From NCBI GenBank assembly GCA_963721455.1, contig CAVRJG010000052.1, positions 128,001 to 192,000 on the forward strand: a stretch of DNA of 64,000 bases. Direction: 5' to 3'. Origin of the DNA: an uncultured Methanosarcinaceae archaeon. GTDB taxonomy: Archaea > Halobacteriota > Methanosarcinia > Methanosarcinales > Methanosarcinaceae. The notes below the pieces were generated by a model. It was not told where the DNA came from, ran no database searches, and saw nothing but the letters and a program-made list of their open reading frames with translations. The position numbers were made by a program, and so were the translations under genes. How positions within the stretch are numbered: position 1 is the stretch's first letter; every line of letters starts with the position of its first letter. Positions 56,719 to 64,000 of this stretch are shown here, one piece after another.

Positions 56719-57135
56719 GAGCGAGTCCACAGGCTCAATCCGCTATTCCGGCGGTGATTAATGCAAATTTTTTAATGTTGATAGCGGCGTTAATGTCCCG
56801 ATCATGTTCTGCATTACATTCAGGACATTTCCAATCTCTATCAATTAACGTTAATTCGGAATTATGATAACCACAAACATTGCAGTTCTTAGAAGAAGGT
56901 TCAAACATGCCGATTTTCAATATAGTTTTCCCAAACTGTTCAGCTTTATATGTTAGTTTCAGTACAAAACTACTCCATGCTGAATCTCCAATAGCTTGTG
57001 CAAGTTTGTGATTTCGCATCATTCCACGAACATTTAAAGTTTCAACAGCTATTGCTTGGTTTTCGCTGATTAGCTTATTTGAAACTTTATGCTGGAAATC
57101 ATGTCTCTGGTTAGAAATTTTTTCATGGATTAACT
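56663..57135 (-). mobile_element. tnpB: IS200/IS605 remnant: 3' part of tnpB plus right-end hairpin
   Basis: HEKISNQRHDFQHK...IAVETLNV...SSKNCNVCG...WKCPEC...DRDINAAINI. End hairpin CCGACTAAAGTCGG and TTCAC terminus. Confidence 0.85.
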
Positions 57136-57185
57136 AATAATCACTTTACAGAAACTCTATCCTGTAGAAATCTGTAATGTATATT

Positions 57186-57305
57186 ATAGGACTTACGCGG
57201 TTGAACTGAGAAATCAATAGTATTAAACCTTCAACTGTATAAAACACTAACCCAATCACAACGCCTAATGTGCTTGATTTTGTACCTTACATGCGTAAGT
57301 CCTAT
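57186..57305. mobile_element. MITE (about 120 bp)
   Basis: 13-bp inverted repeat ATAGGACTTACGC ... GCGTAAGTCCTAT (possibly including a TA target duplication), no ORF. Confidence 0.7.
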
Positions 57306-57762
57306 GTTATTTAAAAGACTTGCGCGTTATCTTAATATTTGAATTTTCTTACTCCCACCCCAGATAACAATCAACAGCTTATGCTTAATATGCGCACTTC
57401 TCCGCAATTTTCGTTATCTTCTTTCTGGATTTCTTACATATTTCCGGGTTACCTGTTATCTTATCGATTTTTTCATATCCAGCCTGGATGAACGGGCAGT
57501 TGAATCTATAAATGTCGCAGCCGGCCTCTATTTTAATCCCTGTAGGTGTATATTTTGCACTGCCATGCTTTCACGCACTGACTCAACATAAATAAACAGA
57601 CAAATTATTCTATAAATATACGATTTAGACCAAATATTAATCTTTATTAATATAGTTTATTAAATTCTTATATAAACTTCATATTCTTTAATATATGCTA
57701 AAGTAAATATTACAGTGCCTGGAAACGTAATCTCCAGACAGCTTTATCTTAGGGGGAATATT

Positions 57763-59208
57763 ATGAAAATTAAAAATATGTTAATGATTTGTTTTTTAAT
57801 TTCTTTGATATTAATATGTGCAGGAACGGCAACTGCAGCTGTAGCAGAGGGAAACGAGACTCAGATCACTACTGATGAAGCCGATCAAAGAAACTCTGCT
57901 ATATCCGGTGACATGATAGTGTGGGAGGATTATCGCAATGGGGAAAGCTATGAAAATACTGATATCTATGCATACAACCTCTCCACTGGCCAGGAAATGA
58001 AGATAACCACCAATAAGTCATTGAAGTACTCACCTGTTATCTATGGAGACAGGATAGCCTGGGAGGATAACCGCAATGGGAACTGGGATATCTACATTTA
58101 CAACCTCTCCACTTCCAGAGAAACTCAGATCACTCTTAATGAATTAGATCAGTACTCTCCTGCTCTTTATGAGGACAGGATAGTCTGGCTGGATGGGCGC
58201 AACGGAGGAGGAAAACTGGATGTTGACCACTGGCCTGGAGGAAACTGGGATGTCTACATGTACAACCTTTCCACTTCAAAGGGGACTCGAATAACTGCGA
58301 ATGTATCCTGGAAGACTTCCCCTGCAATCTATGGAGACAAAATACTGTGGATAGATGGGCGTAACGGAGAGGGGCTGTATTCACATCAGATTGTGGATGG
58401 GGATATCTACATGTATGATCCCTCTACGTCGGAGGAAACTCAACTTGTTACTAATGTATCTTCTGACACCAGGCCTGATATCTATGGTGACAGATTTGTG
58501 TGGGAAGATAAGCGCAATCAAAACTCTGACATCTATATGTACGACCTTGTAAACTCTACGAAGGTTCAGATAACCGACAATGAATCCGAGCAGCGGTATC
58601 CTGCCATCTATGAAGACAGGATCGTATGGACGGATTATCGCAATGGCAATGGATGGGATAATCCTGATGTCTATATGTACAACCTCTCCACTCCCAAAGA
58701 AATACAGATAACGACCAACGGATCTGAGCAGAGGGCAGATGATATCCACGGTGACAACATTGTATGGACAGATAACCGCAATGGGAACTACGATATCTAT
58801 ATGTTCACACCAGGGGCTTCTGAAGAAGAGCCTGTGAAGGAAGAACCTGTGAAGGAAGAACCTGTGAAGGAAGAACCTGTGGAAAAACAGTCGGTTGAAG
58901 CGAGTTATGTAGAAGAAACTGTGGAGCATGAGGCTGTTGAAGCAGATTCTATAGAAGAACTGAAAAAACTCAAAACACATGTGAACTTTTTAGACATAGA
59001 GCCATCTGCAAAGGATCTTCTCAATGCAAAACTCGGGTATGTTATCCAGTATCTTGAAGCTGGAGATACCGAGGCTGCCCTGGATAAGCTTGGTTTTTAT
59101 ATTGAATGTGTCTCAAAAATGGAAATGAAAGGTAGAATCGAAAGCGGAGAGGCATATTATATAATCAGCGAGGCAGAGAGAATTTTCGATATGATAAGGA
59201 GTTCTTGA
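57763..59208 (+). CDS. Cell-surface beta-propeller repeat protein (TolB-like) with EEPVK linker and helical C-terminal domain
   Basis: Signal peptide and about 7 repeats of PAIYGDRIVW.D.RNGN.DIYMYNLST. The 15-bp repeat GAAGAACCTGTGAAG occurs about 4 times at 58825-58885. Confidence 0.85.
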   Translation: MKIKNMLMICFLISLILICAGTATAAVAEGNETQITTDEADQRNSAISGDMIVWEDYRNGESYENTDIYAYNLSTGQEMKITTNKSLKYSPVIYGDRIAWEDNRNGNWDIYIYNLSTSRETQITLNELDQYSPALYEDRIVWLDGRNGGGKLDVDHWPGGNWDVYMYNLSTSKGTRITANVSWKTSPAIYGDKILWIDGRNGEGLYSHQIVDGDIYMYDPSTSEETQLVTNVSSDTRPDIYGDRFVWEDKRNQNSDIYMYDLVNSTKVQITDNESEQRYPAIYEDRIVWTDYRNGNGWDNPDVYMYNLSTPKEIQITTNGSEQRADDIHGDNIVWTDNRNGNYDIYMFTPGASEEEPVKEEPVKEEPVKEEPVEKQSVEASYVEETVEHEAVEADSIEELKKLKTHVNFLDIEPSAKDLLNAKLGYVIQYLEAGDTEAALDKLGFYIECVSKMEMKGRIESGEAYYIISEAERIFDMIRSS

Positions 59209-59487
59209 AGATTTCACAGGATAAGATACAGCATTTGTGTATAACAAGGCGTTTGTTTATAACAAGGCGTTTGTTTATAACATGCAGCGTTTATAGAATA
59301 TACACTGTTTGTCTAAATTATACGTGGTGTATCCCTTGCGGTTCACCACCTTCTATTTCTCTCAACTCAGGCATTTCAGTACTGAAAATTATTTCATAAA
59401 ACCATACTGTTCTTCCTTACCGGCATGCCAGGTGCTCAAGTATCCTGTCATCCTGATACCAGGTTCTATCAGGCATGTCTGTTGACA

Positions 59488-59676
59488 TTACATGAACTTT
59501 CTTACTAACAAGTAAAATAAAACGATAAAGCAAAGAATAAGGAATAAATGCATCAATACTCCAAGCATTACTTCAGAACTTACGTTGCGGTCTTTTAAAT
59601 ATGGAACATTTTGTTTCAAACTGGAGAGGAAATTTCCAAGAAAGTTTGCCATAGTTATACAATAATTTTTTCCCAT
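59488..59676 (-). CDS. Small membrane protein
   Basis: 62-aa ORF with a C-terminal TM helix. Confidence 0.4.
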   Translation of the reverse strand: MGKNYCITMANFLGNFLSSLKQNVPYLKDRNVSSEVMLGVLMHLFLILCFIVLFYLLVRKFM

Positions 59677-59757
59677 ATATAGAATTATAGTTTTGAACCA
59701 GTGCAGCCTCTCCGGAAATAAATAATTTGGTTTACTTTAACATCGCTACCTTTTTCC

Positions 59758-60953
59758 GGTAGTGTCCCCAAATCATTGACTTAATTTTATATAATCTTGA
59801 ATCTGTTATTATTTGGGGCATTGGAATCACTTCTGAAATCGATTTTTCACAATTTTTTTGCTGGAACAAAGATTGTCCTGATTATGGAATCAAAAATCAA
59901 GGGAATATAGTCCTTAAAGAGAGATACGGTAAAAATAATCATGCACTCCTTAAATGTAAAACCTGTAATCACTGCTTAGTGAAACTAGAGGTACAGTATT
60001 TTTCGGACTTGATACTCCTGAGGAAGAAGTTCTAAGAACCTTGGCTATGATTCCTGAGAAAGGAAGTATTCGTGGAGTTGCAAGAGCTACTGGACATAGT
60101 AAAAACACAATTTGTAGATGGCTCGATATTGCGGGAACTCATTCAAAAGAAGTTACAACTTATTTCCTCACAAATCTTAATCTTAAGGAAGTAGAGGTTG
60201 ATGAGATCTGGTCATATATAAAAAAAGCAAAAAAATGTAACTGAAGAGGATCCTGAAGAGTATGGTGACGTATACTCACTTACAGCAATAAAAAGTGACA
60301 CAAGATTGTTCCTTTTCCATCATGAAGGAAAACGTAGTACAGAGGATGCTATAGAATTATTTGACGAAGTTGAGAAGATGCGTTCCACATCTTCACCTAT
60401 TCCTGTATTTTCCTCGGATGATTGGGATGCCTTTGAAGAAGGGCTTATAAATGTTTATGGTAAAATTGAGTTGCCACAATACAAAGGTATTGGGAGAAGA
60501 CCACTACCGAAACTGGTTCCACTTGACGATTTAAAATATGTCAAGGTATTAAAGAAAAAGATAAAAAATTATGTAGTTGGAACACTTCAAAGTATCATTT
60601 TTGGAGATCCTGAAGAAATATTCGAAATGCTTGGAGCGAATTCGGATAGTTATATTGGTACTTCATATGTAGAAAGGATAAATCTTACAATTCGGACATC
60701 TCTTGCAAGATTTATACGGAAAGGAATGAATTTCAGTAAAACCATAAAGATGCATCAGAAGGCTTTTGATTTTTTCCAGGCATGGTATAACTTTATAAAA
60801 CCCCATAAGTCTCTAAAATTAAAAATAGACTCTGGAAATAGAAAATGGTTCCAAAGAACTCCAGCAATGGCAGAAGGAATAACTGATCACATGTGGAATT
60901 TAAAGGAATTACTAACTTATAGGGTTCCTGTTCAATAACTTGGGGACACGACC
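59758..60953 (+). mobile_element. IS1-family element (InsA/InsB) with 8-bp TSD CTTTTTCC
   Basis: TIRs GGTAGTGTCCCCAA / TTGGGGACACGACC and TSD at 59750-59757 and 60954-60961. InsA Zn finger CWNKDC...CKTC, EVDEIWSY followed by an A-rich slip site, and VERINLTIR. Confidence 0.92.
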
Positions 60954-60962
60954 CTTTTTCCT

Positions 60963-61616
60963 TCAATCAAGCAATATCAGTGTGAAAGGCGAGGGAGCTG
61001 TATCATCCATTGGGAATTTCTGCAGGGGAGTACCGATTTTTTCAAGGGTTCTATCCATTCTGATGCCAAGTCCCATAAGGCACGGCCTGCGGAGAGTCGG
61101 GTGGTGGCAGGGACCTTTCTCTCCGGCGCATTTTACGCTCGAGTAGTCGCTTGTAGCGCACCAGGTACACATGCCTGGAAAGGTTGCGAGAGCAGTATTA
61201 TAACCAAGTGTCCATGCGAGCTTTTCAAGCTCCAGAACTCCGGGCTGGATCGTTTCTTTGCGGTCTTTCAATATTGTTTTCAGATTATTCTGGAATTTTT
61301 GTTTTACGGTTTCATCTTCAGGTGTTTCGACGCTGAATTTTACGAAGTTCTCGCTGACCTCCTTGGAAAAAACGTTCTCAGACTTCCACTCAACAAGAAG
61401 GGCAGATTTATAGTCTGCAAGCATTTTTTTAAATTCACTTACTGTGGGGATATAAGGAGGACAGACCCGGCTTCCGTAACCATTGCATCCGAAAATACAT
61501 TTTAAAACGGTTCGGTCTTCGACCACGATATCTTCTGCAGGAAACAGCTTTACACTCTTTGCTCCCAGTTCTTTTGCCTTTTCTTCCAGCTTCTCGTAAT
61601 TTTCGTTACTTATCAT
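60963..61616 (-). CDS. DUF2284-family predicted metal-binding protein
   Basis: KCIFGCNGYGSRVCPP, GMCTWC, PCHHP and GLGI. Confidence 0.78.
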   Translation of the reverse strand: MISNENYEKLEEKAKELGAKSVKLFPAEDIVVEDRTVLKCIFGCNGYGSRVCPPYIPTVSEFKKMLADYKSALLVEWKSENVFSKEVSENFVKFSVETPEDETVKQKFQNNLKTILKDRKETIQPGVLELEKLAWTLGYNTALATFPGMCTWCATSDYSSVKCAGEKGPCHHPTLRRPCLMGLGIRMDRTLEKIGTPLQKFPMDDTAPSPFTLILLD

Positions 61617-61766
61617 TATCTTTATATTATAATTTTTAGGGAAAAATAGTTTTGCAGTATAAACCGATTTTTCAGGTCAACTTTTTCATGTTAGCTGAGC
61701 TTTTCACTTCCCAAACCCCGATGCTGTTATATTTCTTGCGGGAAAATAAAGTAATTGGGATTCTGC

Positions 61767-62216
61767 ATGGGGAACGTTAGTTTTAAGAAAATAATGGTTG
61801 CAACCGACGGCTCGGTCTGCTCAAGGCTTGCTGCCAACAAAGGGATAGAACTTGCCAGGTTGAGCGGAGGGACGGTTTACGCAGTTTATGTAGTATCAAC
61901 TGAATACTTTTCTTCGATGGCTGTGGATTTTGACTGGGAGAGAATGCATGAGGCGTTGAAAAAAGATGGATGCAAAGCCGTAAATTATGTAAAAGGAATA
62001 GGAGAGCTGGAAAACGTCAATGTAAAGTCTATCCTGCTTGAAGGACATCCTGCGGATGAACTTATCCGGTACGCAGGAGAAAATGAGATGGATATCATTG
62101 TTATGGGCACTCTGGGCAAAACAGGATTGGACAGGCTGCTTCTGGGCAGCGTTGCTGGAAACGTGGTCAGGCACTCGAAAGTGCCTGTTATGGTTGTAAG
62201 AGAAAAGTGTAAGTAA
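61767..62216 (+). CDS. Universal stress protein
   Basis: KKIMVATDGS, GHPADEL and DIIVMGTLG...LLGSVAGNVVRHSKVPV. Confidence 0.92.
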   Translation: MGNVSFKKIMVATDGSVCSRLAANKGIELARLSGGTVYAVYVVSTEYFSSMAVDFDWERMHEALKKDGCKAVNYVKGIGELENVNVKSILLEGHPADELIRYAGENEMDIIVMGTLGKTGLDRLLLGSVAGNVVRHSKVPVMVVREKCK

Positions 62217-62326
62217 TGGTGAGTCTTTTGGCCGGATAAATCCTGAGGCTGGGCCCATGAAAACTATAACTTGCAGCCTCTGGATTTTGAATTTCCTCTT
62301 ACTTCTTTTCTTCGGCTTTTTGCTTC

Positions 62327-63784
62327 TCACCCTTCAATTTTCTTTTTCACGGCTGCAGCGGCGTTTTCCGGGGAGCCGGTTTCCCAGAGTTTCCTGACTT
62401 TAGCACTCCTGAGTGCCGGCGTTAAGGCATCAAGCTTTGCCTGCACGGCTGCAAGCATTTCCTCATTAATGCAAGGGGGCTCGATTCCCATGAATTTCTG
62501 GGCTTTAAGTGTCTCGGTTTCCCTGAAAACCGCACGATCGACTCCTGTTCTGACTCCTGTCTTCAGGGACTCGATTGCATCCTTCCACTGGGCAGCCCAG
62601 GGAGTATCAGGAATTTCGGTATGGTGGACATCAGTCCTTTCCACTTTGATAGCCGCAAGGTGGCACGCTTTTACGCAGGCTCCGCAGTAGGTGCAGAAAT
62701 CTGCCGCAAACGCAATCTTTCGCGGGTCTTCAGGATCTTTGGGCACGTACCAGAGATTCGAGGGGCAAACATTGAAGCAGCCACGGCAGCCCTGAGGATC
62801 GCACTCTTTCAGATTAACTTCTATAAGGCTCAGTTCCCCTTCCATGGGTTTTTGCAGGTCCACGGCTTCGTAGGGACAGACAGCCTTACAACGGGCACAC
62901 TGCGTACATTTCAGTTCGTCCACCTTGACTTTCCCCTCAACTTTCGGAGCCTCGCAGGGGCGTTCCCCTTTGACCTTTATTGCCTCTTCCGGGCAGAGGT
63001 CCTGGCAGAGCACACAGTAGTCGCATTTGTCCTCATCCACAAGGATTTGCTCAAAGGGCACAGGATTTTCAGGAGTTGGTTCGCGTTCGAGCAGGATAAA
63101 AGCATCACAGAAACGAGCACAGATCCCACAGAAATTACATTTATCAGTGTCAATTTCGATCTCTCCTTCTGCCCCTTCCTTGAAGGGGGCTATCTCCTCT
63201 TTTTTCGGAAAGGTGAACTCAACTTCGATTGCGTCCTGAGGGCACGCTCCCTCACAGAGAGCACAGGGAAGGCATTTTTCATTGATCTTTACATACGTGT
63301 CGTACTTTGGGTACTGCTTTTCATCAGGGACTTCTCCGATAGCCTCAAAGGTGATGGCGTGGACAGGGCAGAGATTTGAACACATCCTGCAGAAGGTGCA
63401 CTTTTCAAGGTCCATCATTACTGGAGGAGCGTCAAGCCCGGTTGCAATTTCATGTATGGGCCCGAGTTCAAGGGCTTTCGTGGGGCAGATTTCTACACAG
63501 ATTCCGCAGCCGTTGCAGCGCTTGTAGTCATAGTCAAGATTCTTGATGGACTTCTCGGTTGACTGGGTATAGATAAAATGGGAACCCTGAAGGTCCATGC
63601 CGGTTGTAACAGTAATCTTTTCCTGATTTTTTTCCTGTTTTTCACTCTCTACAGTATCGGGCCCTTCGGCTTCGGACTCCCCTGCCTCGAATTCTTCGGT
63701 CTCGGGCTCCTCAGCTTCATTTTCTCCGGCTCCGCAGCATCCTCTGCATACGTGAACCTCCTGTTCAGGGTGTTCCTCGCTCAC
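62327..63784 (-). CDS. Polyferredoxin (multiple [4Fe-4S] clusters)
   Basis: About eight CxxCxxCxxxC(P) motifs. Confidence 0.9.
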   Translation of the reverse strand: MSEEHPEQEVHVCRGCCGAGENEAEEPETEEFEAGESEAEGPDTVESEKQEKNQEKITVTTGMDLQGSHFIYTQSTEKSIKNLDYDYKRCNGCGICVEICPTKALELGPIHEIATGLDAPPVMMDLEKCTFCRMCSNLCPVHAITFEAIGEVPDEKQYPKYDTYVKINEKCLPCALCEGACPQDAIEVEFTFPKKEEIAPFKEGAEGEIEIDTDKCNFCGICARFCDAFILLEREPTPENPVPFEQILVDEDKCDYCVLCQDLCPEEAIKVKGERPCEAPKVEGKVKVDELKCTQCARCKAVCPYEAVDLQKPMEGELSLIEVNLKECDPQGCRGCFNVCPSNLWYVPKDPEDPRKIAFAADFCTYCGACVKACHLAAIKVERTDVHHTEIPDTPWAAQWKDAIESLKTGVRTGVDRAVFRETETLKAQKFMGIEPPCINEEMLAAVQAKLDALTPALRSAKVRKLWETGSPENAAAAVKKKIEG

Positions 63785-64000
63785 TGTGCCACCTCCCCAA
63801 GTTCGGTTCCGGTTTCATCATGTCTGAGCTCGGTGCCTATTGGCCCGATTTCTTCAAGTTCCTTTACAAACTCAGTAATCGTGTTCGAGAAGCGTTCTCC
63901 TTCGGCAGCCGAGATCCAGAGGGTTCTGAGCCTTCTCGGATCAAGCCCGACTTCCTTTATAACTTCTTTTAAGACATCCATCCTTTGTTTTGCATCAAAA
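63781..64000 (-). CDS. C-terminal MvhD-like domain, probably the end of HdrA2 (HdrA-MvhD fusion); partial
   Basis: GLDPRRLRTLWISAAEGERF is an MvhD signature. It lies upstream of a polyferredoxin, as in the Methanosarcina hdrA2 operon. Confidence 0.75.
   Translation of the reverse strand, partial: FDAKQRMDVLKEVIKEVGLDPRRLRTLWISAAEGERFSNTITEFVKELEEIGPIGTELRHDETGTELGEVAQ

Noticed and set aside
8066-59281. Isolated 18-22-bp tandem duplications (8066-8109, 17348-17390, 59239-59281)
   Set aside because: Two-copy slippage duplications with unrelated sequences and no shared motif or evident function.

Overview
Archaeal chromosome segment. The mcr operon organisation and gene content point to a Methanosarcina species. 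Bases 1-42.5 kb are mostly core genes: aroB'/aroA', guaAA, srp54, two tandem initiator tRNA-Met genes, an HSR1-like regulator-cdc48-hsp20-hsp20 heat-shock cluster with a matching operator, form III RuBisCO, sua5, PolD large subunit, mmp10 divergent from mcrBDCGA, aroA, thyA, htpX and mrr. Bases 42.5-61 kb are a mobile-element hotspot with IS66-like, IS1634, IS256, IS605/tnpB and IS1 elements plus MITEs. The window ends in a polyferredoxin gene and an MvhD-like C-terminus (probably hdrA2). Two structures stand out. (1) An ORF-less group II intron (42705-43460) is inserted inside the terminal inverted repeat of an IS1634-derived MITE, and its EBS1/EBS2 base-pair with that transposon end. (2) Three direct repeats encoding a ...APGEKKK-P/W-W-K-F-W C-terminus separate convergent cargo genes, like a cassette array (51.6-55.5 kb). 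All calls come from reading the sequence by eye; no database searches were run.
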